This document shows positions 1 to 13,685 of a stretch of 64,000 bases of DNA, in pieces (positions within the stretch are counted from its first letter, which is position 1; every line of letters begins with the position of its first letter). Location of the stretch: positions 21,514,001 to 21,578,000 of the forward strand of contig JBHGNT010000008.1 of NCBI GenBank assembly GCA_043228905.1, in the 5' to 3' direction. The notes under the pieces were generated by a model. The model was not told the DNA's origin. It saw only the letters and a program-made list of their open reading frames with translations, and ran no database searches. This DNA is from Azolla caroliniana (Eukaryota; Plantae; Polypodiophyta). A program made the position numbers and the translations under genes.

Positions 1-604
1 ATTTTACAGTACTGGAGGTGAGAACAAATTCAAACTTACGAGGCTGAATCAAGATACTACACCAGCAGGTTGGAATTAATTACGTTATGACAACACCTCT
101 ACAATTATCCAAAATTTTTCCTTTCCCAAACTTTCATATTGACAATAGTTAAACAACTTCTTAAGTAGAAACTCCATTTGAGTGTAAAAAACATCATCGA
201 TATAAAAACTCTAAACCCATGCATTCATTCATTCTTTGTATCCATTAGCTTCCTGTATTCTTCCATAGTAATTGGCACTCAGCATTTGTTAAACCAGTTT
301 GTTAAGCGGCTTATATGTCATGGACAATTTATGGGAGGAGTTTTAGCCATAGATGCTCCTTTAATAGTTTTGTAAAATATTTTGGTGTACCTATAAATAA
401 TTTGGAAGGATGTGATGAAAACTATAACTTTTAAGTGAGATATTGAGAAACATAGCTCAAATGAAGGTGGTCACTGGTGATTATTTGCAATGAATAAAAC
501 AAGGGTGACCTTGCCCACATATGTATTAGTATTTACGTAGAAAACTAGACTATTAGATAAGAAACGTGAGTTATGCAATGGTACATTGGAGTACAAAATA
601 CAAT

Positions 605-932
605 GTGTCTGGCACAATAAAGCTTATTTCGTCCATGTCCCTCCAATGGATGAGGCATATTTTGTGAGGTTGAAGATTACTTCTCTTGATTATACATACA
701 TAGGAGATGAAGGCATCACAATCTGGCAGAATAAAGTTTATTATGTTCATGCATCTACAATGAATGGGGCATATTTTGTGAGGTTGAAGATTACTTCTCT
801 TGATTATACATTCATAGGAGATGAAGGCATCACAGTCTAGCACGATAAAGTCTATTATGTCCATGCATCTACAATGAATGGGGCATATATTTGTGAGGGT
901 TGAAGGTTATTTCTCTTGATTATACCTACATA
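605..932. repeat. 114-bp tandem repeat, ~3 copies
   Basis: Unit starts at 611, 725 and 839 (ggcacaataaag/ggcagaataaag/agcacgataaag); shared core ttttgtgaggttgaagattacttctcttgattatac. Confidence 0.9.
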
Positions 933-1806
933 GTAGATTCATCACTATAGTTTCTCAAGTATCGTGTGTGTTTCTCTTCATTCGAAATTGCAGGAGTGCG
1001 ATTACGTAGGTGTGGAAATAGATTGGGCTCACACATACACGAGATGTGGATATGAACACTACTACACATTGCCATCTAATGTTGTTGTTTTTTAAACAAA
1101 TATTGTCAAAGAAATCCATTCAACTTCTTGGTCAGTTGACACCCGCCTCTTCGAACCCATTCTTGGACGGCCAATCTTTGTGGCACAACAACATATTAAT
1201 GTTTGTATGGGGACATGAAATCCATACAACTTCTTAGCCAATTGACAATCTTCAAACTCATTCTTGGTTGGCCAATCTTTGTGGCACGACAACATATTCA
1301 TGTCTGCAGATAATTTCTACTACTCGTTGCCATAACTTTGCATCTTTTTTGCAAATCTGTCCCAACAATGACGAAGTAGCTATGGGCCTAGTTTGTTTCG
1401 GTTTCTTTGTCTTTAAACCAAACCAAATCATATATGAAACAAAACCAAACCAAACCACGATGAACTCCAAAGCCACTTAAACCAAACCATTTAAGAAAAG
1501 ATAAACCAAACCATTTAGGGAAAAGTTGAAAACGAATTGAACAATTTAATTACAAATTAAAACCTAGCAATTTAACCTAAATTAATTAAAAATAAATAAA
1601 TTAACAAGAATACGTTAAATAAAATAAACATTTTAGTCAAATTAATATAAGTTAAACTAATTAAATTTATAAAAAACATTACCTAAACCATTACATTAAT
1701 AAACTATTAAGAAAATAAAAATAGCTAACCATTAAGTCGAAACCACTTAAACAACTAAACCCAAGTTTTAGAACCAAATTGAACTAAAACAAAATCGTTT
1801 AATACA

Positions 1807-2183
1807 TAGTTGTTAAAAAAAGCGTATTCTACGCTTGGAGTACATTTTAGAATACTCTGAAGTATTCTACACCTACTCTATGTTTTAGAACTGCTGTTTT
1901 TTTAAATTTGACGTATTCTATGCATTCTAAAAACTTGACGTATTCTAGGTATTTAACAAGTATTTATCATTTCAAAAAAATAAAATTTTATTAATAATTA
2001 ATCATTTTTAATTTTTTAAAAGAAACTTTAGATTTTAAGAAGTATTTAACGCATTTTACAAGTATTCTACACGTATTCTAAGTATTCTACACGTATTTTA
2101 AGTATTCTAAACGTATTCTAAGTATTCTACACATATTCTACGTATTTAACGTATTTTATCTATAAAATACGTATTCTAAGTAA
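1807..2183. repeat. GTATTCTA-motif repeat region (probable MITE), resuming at 7564-7630 after the LTR element
   Basis: Many gtattcta/cgtattct units on both sides of the 2184-7563 LTR element. Confidence 0.6.
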
Positions 2184-5100
2184 TGTGAAATGCACATAAA
2201 ATGAAACCAAACTAGCTTGCCTAACTTCTTACTTATCGTTCAATTTATAGAAGATACAAAGGTACCCATTTTGGGCAGGCCTAGCTACATGCGTCCCAAA
2301 AGGGTGTGCTAAAAGGGTGGGCTAAAACCAGTGGTGTGCTAAAAGGGTGGTGTGTTAAGAGGCATGCACTCGCATGAAAGGGACACCACATTTCCCCCCT
2401 GAGAAAAACAAGGAGTTTTACGACATGGGGAAAGGAGGGGTTCTAGAAGATAGGCTTAGGGTAGTATAAGGCTTGATACCGGCAACATGGGCGGAGGTGA
2501 ATCGGCCATTGGAATTACGTCGGAGCAAGTAAGTAGTGGATTTGATGGCGCGAACTACGGTGAACAACCCGATCCATCAGTGCATGAGGGATTCGTTGAG
2601 ACCGCACCGCCGAACCGGGAAGTAAACAAAGACTTTGGTTCCATCAGCATAAGTCGGGGTAATTTGACCCATGTCGTAGTGCCGCTTATGATGTTGTTGT
2701 GCGACTTGTAGATTTCGGGAGTTGGCTTGTCGAAGGAGGGGGAGCATTTTTTGCAGATAGAGCCCCCAAGTGGCACTATCCATGTTGGCCGGTTTGGAAT
2801 GGACGTCAATGGACGATTCTGGTGGGAGCCGAGGGTTGCACCAATAGTGCTGGAAAAGGGTTGATCCATGTTGACGCATGTACGGATGTATTGTAGGCAT
2901 GTGTGACAAAAGGCAAGATTTGATCGTAGGTTTTGTGGCATGGATCGATGTAAGTGGCAATCTCTTGCTTGAGGTCTTGTTGAGGCATTCGATGAGGCCA
3001 TTTGTTTGCGGATGGTACGAGGATGTAAACACTTGTTGGGCACCTAGTTGAGTTGCGACAACATTGAGGACATCGTTGTGGAACTGGGGGCCCTGATTAG
3101 ATAAGAGTTGGACTGGGCAACCATGCTGAAAAATTACCTTCTGCAAGAGTTGAGAGGCAATTGTTGGCGTAGTGACGTCAGGGATGGCAATTGTTTTAGC
3201 CCACCTGGTGAGGTATTCTGTTATGACTAGGATATACCTGTTGCCCCTCGAGGTTTCGGGAAAAGGTCCTATGAAATCCCATCCGACTAGCTCGAAACGT
3301 GACGTGACGGTGATGGGCTGAAGCGTTCCAACTAGCTTGCTCGCAGGTTTGATGTGTTGACACAAAGCACATTGTTTAATGTAGGTGGAGACAAAATGTC
3401 GCATGTTGGGCCAGTAATACTTGAGGCGTAATTTTTCGAGGACCTTGTGGAAACCCAGATGGCCCGACAATGGGTGGTCGTGATAAAATTGGAGATATAA
3501 AAATGAGCTTAAATGTTGTATTTAATAATATTTGAGAGACTTGAACCCACATCCTTATATGCGAAATACAATGTACATACCACTAGGCTAGGCTATTTAT
3601 TTGTAAAAGTTTGTAACAAATGTGCTTCATGATATAAGAATGAAGCTATATATTGTATTAAGTAAAATTGAGAGACTTGAACTCTCAACCTTGTATGCCA
3701 AACACAAAATATACACCACTAAGCTAGGTTAGTTATTTTAGAATACATTTTCATCATTATACTTATCCCATATCTATTTTCATACATGGGAGCTCAAGTG
3801 AGCATGATGGCTACCATGCATCACGTGCAATACATGTGCGCCAAATGGCGATCATGCATTACATGTAACTCATGCATTGCATGCATGCCATGCTCCCATA
3901 CATTATCATATGCATGCCAACACTTATATAAAGAGGGGCAAGGAAAACAAGAAGGGATCAATCAAGAGAGAGTGAGAAAATAATACAATAAACTAAAGAA
4001 GACTAGCTCATTGGGTGGAGAACCTCTCGTTTCGAAGTTGAGGTCGTGGGTTTAAATCAAGGGTCGATAGAGAATGTGTTCAGTTTGCGATCGAGGATTG
4101 TAAAGTTGGTAAACTATTATATTTTTAATATACATCATGTTTATATCATATACTCTTGTTCCTTGAATCATACTTTGTCTCAATCTTCTTTCTAGAATCA
4201 TACTTTGTCTCAATCTTCCTTCTTGAAGCATACATTGTCTCTATCTTCTATCTGTGCTCATCTCTCTCTCTCGCACACACACACTCATTACTCGTAACTC
4301 TTCTTCTTACTATCCTTAACCACTCTATCATCACCATACAAGCCTTATTAAAAGTTAAGTTTCTTCAACTCCCCTTAACCTTAGTCCCCGCGACTTCGTC
4401 GCACGAACCACAACTACCCCGACATCGCAACTGATGGGTTATCTCTTGGATGGCGGGGTCGTGTTGCTGAATTGTAGCGGAAGGTCTGATGTCTCAGGGA
4501 GAAATTGGATAGCCTGGAAGTCGGTGCGAGAGAGACTATCAGTAACCAAATTGGTTGCACCTTTCCGATAGGAGAGGGTAAACTGATAATCTTGGAGTGC
4601 CAGCGTCCATCACAACAAGCGGCCCGGGGGGTGAGATCGATGGATAAGAGAAAGCAAGGGCTGGTGGTTAGTCTCAATTGTAACTTGTCCACCATGAAGG
4701 CATGGGTGAAGACGTTGGAAAGACCAGACGATTACAAGTAGCTCCTTCTCGGTGGTTGAGTAGTTGCCTTCAACCAGTGTGAGAGTGCGGCTGATGAAGG
4801 CGACCGCCTTTTCTTGCCCGTGGCAATTGGCTTGCAAGAGGACGGCTCCTAACCCATGGTTTGATGTGTCTGTCTGCAACGTGAACGGCTGGTCAAAGTT
4901 AGGATGGGCGAGCAACCCCGATTCTTGGACCATGGTTTTGAGGCGACGAAAGCTATCTTCACAAGCAGGATCCCAAATGAATAACACACCTTTCTTCAAG
5001 AGTTGGCGAAGGGGAAAAACTGACCAAGGCGAGGTTTGGGATGACGCGATGGGAAAAGGTGATCATGCCCAAAAAACGTTGCAATGATTTTATTGAGGTG

Positions 5101-7563
5101 GGGCGGGGGTAGTCGGTGATGGTTGCCACCTTTACAGGGTCCATACGGATTCCGTTGCCAGAGATGATGAAGCCGAGAAAACGGAGGTTGGTGCTTCCCC
5201 ATCGACACTTCTTCCATTGGAGTTGCAAGTTATGCTTAGTTATGCAAGCGAGGACTTCAGCAAGAGTTTGTAGATGGTCCTCCCAAGTGGTTGTGTGGAT
5301 AAGGATGTCATTGAGATAAATGAGGTGGACACCTTTGCTAATAAGGGCGGTGAAGATGGAGTTTGCCATGCGTTGGAATGTGCTGCCGACATCCGACAGG
5401 CCAAACGGCATGCACGTGAATTGGAATAGCCCGCGGCGTGTGCGGAATGCGGTCTTGTGGGCGTCAGAAGGCTTTAGGGGGATCTACCAATATCCCGAGG
5501 CTAAGTCCAGGGAGGTGAAATAACAGGAGCCACCGATTTGATCCAAGAGGTCGTCCACGCGAGGGAGCGGGTAGAGGTCATGGATCGTCACTTTGTTGAG
5601 AGGCCTGAAGTCGATGCAAAAGCGGAAGGTGCCATCATCCTTCTTGACTAGGTGGGGTTCCGAAACCCAATCGCTGATGGAAGGAATGATAATATCTTTG
5701 GTGATCATGTCAGTGGTGGCAACATCAATGCGATCATGGTCGAGGAGGGAATGTCGGCGGGTAGCCATGCGGATCGGAGTGGCTTCCCCGGTACGAATGA
5801 CATGTTGTATCGGGAAAGAGACAATAGGAGCATGTGTGGGTTGGAGGGTTAGTGACGGAAAACGACCAATTGCTCCTAAGGACTAAGGGCCACCTAGACT
5901 TGGCTAAGGTGGCAGACATGGGAGCTATCGTGTAGAAGGGGGAGAGGGGGAGCATGTGGGACAAAAAGTTTATGGGCATCAAAATCAATCACAGCGCGAC
6001 GCTTGAAGAACCAATCACAACCTAAGGTGAGGGGGGAAAGTTGGTGGGGCAAGACATAAAAGTGGTGTGAGAAGGTGAGAGTGCCTAAAGTGAAGGTGCA
6101 GTGGACTTGCGTGCGAGAGTGGTAAAGATGTTGGTGATCGCAAAAAAGGACTTGGATGGAAGGAGTAATGGATGTGGGGAGACCTAATTGGTGAACTAAG
6201 GCAGTGCTAATGGAAGAGATACTACTACCAGAGTCTAACAAGTTGGTGTGGGTGCAGTGATTAATGGTGGCGAGCGTGGTGTATACTTGCGAACTGGAAG
6301 AGGCAGACGCTCGAATGTGGAGAGCTGACTCTTCCATCAACATCCCGGAAGTCAGTTTCTCGGAAGCTCAGCCAACGATGCCGCATTAGCCATAGTTATC
6401 TGGACTTGTTGCTTGTGAGACTGTTGTTGCAATTTCTGGCAGTGACGTCGGACGTGTCCATAAATGTTGCAATAGAAACACTTCGGGCACCCTTGGCCAT
6501 CACGATTGGGAAGGTTGCGGCGAGCCTGCAGTTGCATGTTTTGGACATCAATGTCCATGGGGGCCACGCCTTGGTATTAGGCGCGCAAGTTGGTCGATGA
6601 TGGATGGGGCCAACGTGGTTGGGAGTCAGATGACGTACAAGCTTCGATGCGTTGGGCAATGAGGATGGTGTCGTTGAATGTCTTGGGACCTTGGTCCCGA
6701 GCGCAACGATTGATGTCATGGCACAAACGGGACCATAAGAAGAAAAGCTTCACATGCTCGAGCATGGTAGGGTCGGCACGAACAAGGAGTTGATTGAGGT
6801 GAACACCAAATTGGCCCACGGGTTCGTGTGTTTGTTGTTGCAACGTTTCGAGTTGTTGTAACATCGTTTGGGCCGAATTTTGATGGACGAAGTTTTGCAC
6901 GAGGAGATCCTGGAGGATCACCCAGTTCTCTATTACATCGTTTGATTGTTGGACGTACCAGGTGGCGACGACATTTTCGAGCAAGGTATGAACTTCCGAA
7001 GCTTTGCGCTCGTCAGACCATCGATGGTAACTAGAGATCATCTCAAAGTGGTCCAACCAAGCTAAGACATCCTTGGAAGGCAAGTTGGAGAAGGACTTTG
7101 GGCGGACCTTGGAATCTGGCCGATCTTGAGTGCGATCGTTGTTAGCGGAGAGGAAGGAGAGCATAGCTTGATTTGTGTGGTTGATTTGAAGCATGGCGTT
7201 GGAAAGGAGTTGGAGGAGTTGCTCCATTTGGAAAGGGGATGGTCGTTCGTGAGGTTGCGAGAACTCGGGCTCCATCGGGGTATCGGCCTTTGATGCGATG
7301 GGAGGGAATTGGGATGCCATGAACGAGGTGGTAATGACTAAAATTTTTACCCCGCTTCTCCACCAATTATGTGAAATGCACATAAAAGGAAACCAAACCA
7401 GCTTGCGTAGCTTCTTACTTATCGTTCAATTTATAGAAGATACAAAAGTACCCATTTTGGGCCAGCCTAGCTACATGCGTCCCAAAAGGGTGTGCTAAAA
7501 CCGGTGGTGTGCTAAAAGGGCGGTGTGTTAAGAGGCATGCACTCGCATGAAAGGGACACCACA
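2184..7563 (-). mobile_element. Ty3/gypsy LTR retrotransposon, degenerate, with very short LTRs (2184-2390, 7370-7563)
   Basis: Matching TG..CA LTRs (207 vs 194 bp); PBS TGGTGGAGAAGCGGGG (7350-7365, tRNA-Ala-like); PPT agggggaaa (~2391-2400); gag (6577-7383), CCHC knuckle CFYCNIYGHVRRHC, protease LLDSGSS, RT (LDLASGYW, MPFGL, YLND), RNase H, integrase (2577-3470); frameshifted; no clean TSD. Confidence 0.95.
3496..4424. mobile_element. ~0.9-kb solo-LTR-like insertion in the gypsy pol, containing tRNA-like motifs
   Basis: AT-rich block between RNase H and the integrase HHCC region; TATAAA near 3927; ends ccccgaca; ~27-bp repeats at 4160-4250; A/B-box-like units; no TSD. Confidence 0.55.
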
Positions 7564-7884
7564 ATATTTTTAAAAAAAGTTAGAATACTTAGAATACGTA
7601 TTCTACACGTATTTTATGCTAAGTATTTTACCACAAATTTAATAAATAGTAAACCAAACCAAACCAATTAAGTATATTGGAACCGATAAACCATTAAACG
7701 AAGGCTTAACGATATGGTTCGGTTTGAGCCGGAACCGGGAGCATAGCTATTTTTTACCATAATTTTTTTTATAAATAGAAGCCAATCTATACATAATGTG
7801 ATCTAAATGAAGGCCAAAATATTCCAAATTACCAAAATAGCCTTTTTGGGAGCCTTCCTGGGCCCCTACTCTGTTCCTGCACAG

Positions 7885-8034
7885 CCAAAAAATACACAGA
7901 GGAAGCAACGCACAGAGAGGGCGACAGATAGAAACAGAAACACAGAAGAACAGATCTCCATCTTCATCATCATCACCATCATCTCCTTCTTCTTCTTCTT
8001 CAAGGAAATACCTTTCGACACGCTCACATCTCAG
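7885..8034 (+). other. Probable 5'UTR exon of SDH7
   Basis: GA-rich then CT-rich leader ending in the donor CAG|GTAAGC at 8035; TGGGCC site-II motif near 7859; start approximate. Confidence 0.55.
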
Positions 8035-9442
8035 GTAAGCATTTCCTTCCATCCCCTTTGCAGGACATATAGAGAAAGCCATAAAAATTGCAAGAAAAGA
8101 TTTCATGCCCTCCTGGAACTCATGTATGGCATACAATATTGGGGTGACAATAGAAATTAGGGTATCTTTGCTAAGGCTTGAAATCAGTATAACAGGGAGT
8201 AATGAGTTGATTTGTTGTTTTGATGGTGACATTCTTTTGATGATGATAGAAGCTCCTTGTAGTTTGGTATGAGAGCAGGGATTGGTTTCTATGGTTGGAT
8301 GGACATCATTGGTTGCAAGGATATGCCAAATTTGAGCATTATATGGAGGCCATATGCTTTTTAGAAGAAATACAGCAAGATGTTATCTGTTCTGATGCAA
8401 TTATATTTGTCTTTGGCCTTTAAGCTTTTATTATTTCCTAAACTCTCCTAATTGGCGCAATTCTTATGTCACGTCATTTGGGTAATTGCATGGTCAATTC
8501 ACCCTCTTTTCTCGATTAAAATTTGCTATTTCCTTAAAGCAGTGTGATGAAAAAATGAAACATTGTTAGACTTATTCAAAGGGACAGGATTACCTCTGCT
8601 ATCCACAATTCAGTTCGAGATACTAGAAGTTTAGCCAAAGTTTACGAGGAGAAGTTGTGTTATTTCTTTATTCCATTTCAATAGCTCATTTCTTTAATGT
8701 TTTGGAAAAAAGCATACATATAATGAATTAGTCATGTTGCGTACAAATGGACTCGATAGTGGATGAATGTGCAACAATGGAAGCATTTTGAAAAGTTGTA
8801 ATCCTCTCGAAATATTAATGGTCCATGTGTAATGTGGAAAGAGAAACCATGTGAAAGGGAGTGAAAAAGCCCAATATATAGGAGAGGTATCAACTCCATG
8901 TCATTAATAGGAGAACATGCTAACCATCTCTAAATCTGTGTTGTACACTTTTGAATGTAACTTAACTTAAATTTTGACGAACAGTTGCGTTTTTTGCTTT
9001 TGTAAGTATAAATTTGACATTTTTTTGTAATATTTTTGCTTATGAAATTAGTACGCATATTTCATTATTCATGCATAGTGGTTGCCACACCGAAATTCAT
9101 CATTGAGTAGTTTTACTATGAAAAATTCATTATCTTCCACTCATTATCTCATGCATGGATTCATAATTTTATCTATGCATTCCCAAGTCTATGAGGCAGT
9201 GTACCATGTTTGTGCTATACATCTAATTTCTTCATAAGCCTGATCATATTTTTGTATATTAGAAACCAAAAACATATAGGTGCTCATGTTTATATGAAAT
9301 TTTGTTCTTGATTTGTTTTTCTTATACATAACATGAATTATTTGTTATGTTTGTGATGTTTAAATAGAGCATCTAACCTTGTTTGTTTGTATAATATATA
9401 AATATAGCGGCTTTCGTATTTCTTGACGAAGTGGACAGAGAT

Positions 9443-10642
9443 ATGGCCCATGGATTGCAATCGCTATCTGGTTTATTTGCATCTACTGGACGCTCTTCAC
9501 GCATGCTCCAAAGAAGAAGCATTTCCATACCCCCTGGGGAACGAGAGAAAGCGGTTTGTTCCAAGTCAAAACTTTGGATCCTCCATTATTGTTTATGATA
9601 ATTAGTAGCAATAAAAATAAACAAGAGTACCAGTAACACTTGTTTGGTATTGGCTAGAGCATCCATCCCTAAAGTTCTCACAAAATCACTAAATATCTCT
9701 TTGTAGTACAAAATGCAGCACCACTACTTTCTGAAAATTTACAGATTTTGGTATTTTTTTCCCCTGATTAATATCAGGCCTCATTCTACTCACTGGTTTA
9801 TCTTTGGTTGTCTCCTGACAAAGGTCAACGATCATACTGATCAAGACTACAAAACATAGTCTCCCACCATGAGCCTTTCCACATTTTAGTACTATACGTC
9901 ACACTAAACATGTGGTTATCATTCTAATGATGAAGTGGAAAATAGGGAATGCATAGACCTAAATTCAATCTCGAGTATCAATGGAGAAGATAGATTACAA
10001 CAGAAGAGTTTGATACAATGAGAACTTCTTGTGTGATTCTTAATAGGTAGACATCATAACCACTCAATGGTGGAAGTGAATAACAAGGAACTCTCTAAGG
10101 TTCCGTAAATACAATATGTTCCTTGCCTATCTCTTACTTCAAATGCTCCACTCATTCTGTTGATCACATGCAATAGTATAGACTGCGCTTATTGACACCA
10201 ACAGTGTACTATAAACAGTTTCCATAAGAGTATAGATCATGTATGACTAACGTTTATTACACATAAACACTAATGATATAGTTTCTTTTGAGACATTGAT
10301 CTAGTTTCTTTCGCTTTCTCTAGAGAAAAATGTTTATACATTTATGAAGTTTGTTTTTTGTTCTCACTAGCTTCTAGAGGAGGATTCAGCTCTTAAACAT
10401 TTCAAATCAAGCAAGGAGACGGCACGTCGTGTGAAGAGGTTGGGCGATGTTCTTGTCATTCTTGTCAGTGCAGGTAAGAATCTCACAATGGGGAAAGAAA
10501 ATAAAACAAAAAATCCTGTTTTTTCTATACAATTTTCTCTGAGTTCAATGATTACTGAATTTTTTGTTTAGGTTGTATTTACCAAATATATGACGTAACT
10601 CAGCAGCGGAGAGCGGAAAGATTAGAAACGAGCCAGAAGTAG
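9443..10642 (+). CDS. SDH7: Succinate dehydrogenase subunit 7 (plant-specific complex II subunit); exons 9443-9553, 10371-10473, 10572-10642
   Basis: Spliced translation MAHGLQ...QRRSISIPPGEREKA|LLEEDSALKHFKSSKETARRVKRLGDVLVILVSA|GCIYQIYDV...QK* matches the recalled plant SDH7 motif (EPGxREKALLAEDxALKRFK...GDVL...AGCxYEIY); GT-AG introns in phase. Not in the ORF track. Confidence 0.9.
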
Positions 10643-11689
10643 ATGAGGCTGAATGTTGCCGAACAATTTGGTTAATATACATCTTGTGGGAAGAAAGATT
10701 GTTAATATATATCTCTAATAACGAGAAATCATCTTTGATGAAAGAGTTTGATTATGACACATCAAATAATGAGGCATGTTTATCTTGATTGATAAGCGGT
10801 ATTTATAAAAAGGATAAAAGGTTGTACTCATTTTTTTATGATGGTTTTAGAAGAAAAACACACTGAGCTTCACAAATGATGGTGCAAGTTATTGCTCTTA
10901 TTGAACGTTTTTTTGAACACAAGGAGTCGCCTCTCAATTAAAGTAGTGAATTTGGTAGTTTGTGAAAAACCACAATTTCTAACTTCTTTCTTGTCTCAGA
11001 AGAAAGTAGGAAATTTTGAATTTCTTTATTTTCTTCATTCAAGATACCCTTGTAATGATTTATGGTCATTTTAAATGGATTGGTTTGTCTTTCCACAAAG
11101 GTCCCCTTTGATTTTTTCTTGGATACCCTTTATTAGGTAGTGATTAATGTTTGCTAGAATTTAATGAGGAATATATAACTCGATCTTGTAACAATGACCA
11201 TGTCTTGTGTTAGTATGCATTTTGTTTACAATATGATGTTATCTAGTTTGAGATATGACATTTTATAAATTGTGTTTATAACTTGAGTGGTGTATTTTCC
11301 ATCCTAGACCATGTATTTCCAAAGCAAAGGAATGATTGAACATAATTGTCCTTGGTCCAAGATACATTTGATAAGAGTATATATTATTTGGGAATTATAA
11401 TATATACCTCATTCTTCACAAATACGATGAAGTTAAAGAAGGATAAACAGAATAAAAAACATGTGGTGACACTGTATTTTTAAGAAGACATACAATAAGT
11501 TTTAGAGAATAATGAAAAATAACTGCAACTTTAAGTAAGAGCAGTGAACATTATTTTAATTGGGCTCATGATTGATGGTAGTACCCATGAAGAAGATATA
11601 TATATTATATACATGTAAATTTCTTATGTTGTTCTTAATAAGTGACATAACAAAATCATATCTACGAAAATATGGCATCAGATGCCATG

Positions 11690-13270
11690 GAATAGCTTAG
11701 GGTGAGGAGAAGTTCCTTAAGATGCCATATGCTAAGCTTCTCAAGAGCAAGTTGCAATATAAATGGCTTTTGTATATCTCGCATAGACAGAATATACATA
11801 AGTTCGGAACTGGAAAAATATGGCAGCAATGTTGAAATCATCGCAGCTTCGGTTTACTCTGATCATATGCCGGTTAAGATTACGTTGGTCAATTAGAGGA
11901 GGCAAAAAAGGGATTGCAACCTAAGGATCAGCAGTAAACTTTTTGAGGATGCGGAGGTGGGAAGGAAGATAAGGAGCATATGGGAAAGTAATCCAGCTAG
12001 TTGTGGTGCACTTGATAAACTTCGAGGAAAGATTATTGAAACTTCAATGTATTTGCATGAAGAGACTAAAAATAAAATTGTGAGGTCTAAGGAAAGAGAA
12101 GTGAAATTAAGAAGATCGATAGCGGTTGCCCAAAGAATGCTTCTGAAAAATCACAAGTGTCACTAGTCGGAAGAAACACTTCAACGGTTAATTGTGTCTA
12201 GAAACAAGATGTTATTCAGGAGTTCAACAACATGGTGGAGCACGAATGGGGATAAGGTGAACCAACAATTTTTTAAGTATAAAAAGCCGTGAACAAACGG
12301 TAGCGTCAGTCCTAAGTTGATTAAGGAGGATGGTTCACTATCGGAGGATGTATAGGATATCATGGAGGTGATCACAACTCACTATAGTGGGCTTCTCTCA
12401 TCTAGTCATAGTATCCTTGAACAACCTTCACTGGTAGAACTTGTACTGGAGGGAATGCAACAAAGAATTTCAGAGGTTGCACAAGTTAATTTGTCAAGGC
12501 CACTCTTGGGTGTTAGACGCTTTGGCAGGTATATGTAGAACGTCTTGTCCAGGCGTCGACGAATTATCAAGAGATTTTTTTGAAATTTTTTGGGAAGTGA
12601 TTAAGGTTGACTTGGTCGATGGTCTAAATGAGGCATGAGATGTTGGGTGCTTACCTGAGCATTTTAAAGAGGGGTTGATATTTCTAATTCTGAAGGTACA
12701 TGGTATAATAACTACCCTCAAAATGGAGATCAACTACGTTGGCCTTTTACAAAGGAAGCTTGAGTAGGGTGTTGGTGTTAGGGCATCGGGGCCCACCAAT
12801 TCCATTATGCAGGTTTGTCAGGTAGGGGTGCCCATTGGTCCCCTACCTTTATTTATTTATTTCAGAGGCATTCTCTTTCTTTTTAAATAGATTGGATGCA
12901 GGAATAAGGAGATTGGTTGTCCCACATGCGTGCAAGGATTTGTTGGACTCAATGTATGCAGATGACACTATGCTCCTATGGTGGTCAGATCATCATGAGG
13001 ACCTAAATGGAACTACCAAGCACCTAGATGGATGTTTTTGCCAATGGCTTCCATTAGCGACCAGGAACTGTAAACATGTATAGTTGTGGTACAAGTTAAT
13101 TACTATGTTAAAAGAGTTGATGGGATACTTTGGTTGTAAATGAGGGGGTGGGGACAATGATCACTTTGGTGAGAAGGCCAGAGTGAGGTTTGCTGAAATT
13201 TGTTGGTCTTTGATGTACTTTGCTTGCTAGCTAATGCAAAGTATTGATTTTTTAAATAAATAAATAAAAA
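11690..13270 (+). mobile_element. Degenerate L1/Tx1-like LINE fragment
   Basis: Endonuclease end SRIDRIYIS...SDHMPV; RT motifs CPGVDELS, PYLYLFISEA, YADD; A-rich tail at ~13255-13270; many stops and deletions. Confidence 0.85.
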
Positions 13271-13685
13271 CAATGAAGCATCACATAGAGCTTTTCATTA
13301 TTAAAATTTGTATGTCAAATGACATGTTAATTTTTGCACTCTCATGTCATATGACATACATCTTTAAAAAATGCCCGTCGAAAAACTTTAATACTAACCC
13401 GTCAAATTCAAGCCCTAATGGTGATGATGTCCCATAGATCCACATGATTTCATATGCAAAGAAAAGTAGGGGATTGATGATAATGTTTGACGCAAATAAT
13501 GATGGTTGCATCCCTTTATATTAACCACTTCTAGATGGATGCATCTTTAATATCAAATATCCCTTCCTTTGATGTCAAAAACATGAAGTAAACATTTAAA
13601 AGATTACAAACATCAACAAACATGATGAATAAAGCATTGACTATCTTATGTTTTGTCAATACTAACGTGTAATTTGTCTTTGTGG

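Larger units (their letters stand above)
1377..7749. mobile_element. Probable non-autonomous hAT-like DNA transposon (AAACC-rich) split by nested insertions
   Basis: Ends tagctatg...catagcta are inverted; AAACC/GGTTT subterminal repeats at 1390-1800 and 7650-7740; no TSD found. Confidence 0.5.

Noticed and set aside
3533-4058. Functional tRNA genes
   Set aside because: A/B boxes are degenerate and acceptor stems are missing; kept only as tRNA-like motifs.
7747-8232. 161-aa (-) and 117-aa (+) ORFs
   Set aside because: They overlap the low-complexity 5'UTR and intron of SDH7 and contain no recognisable domain.
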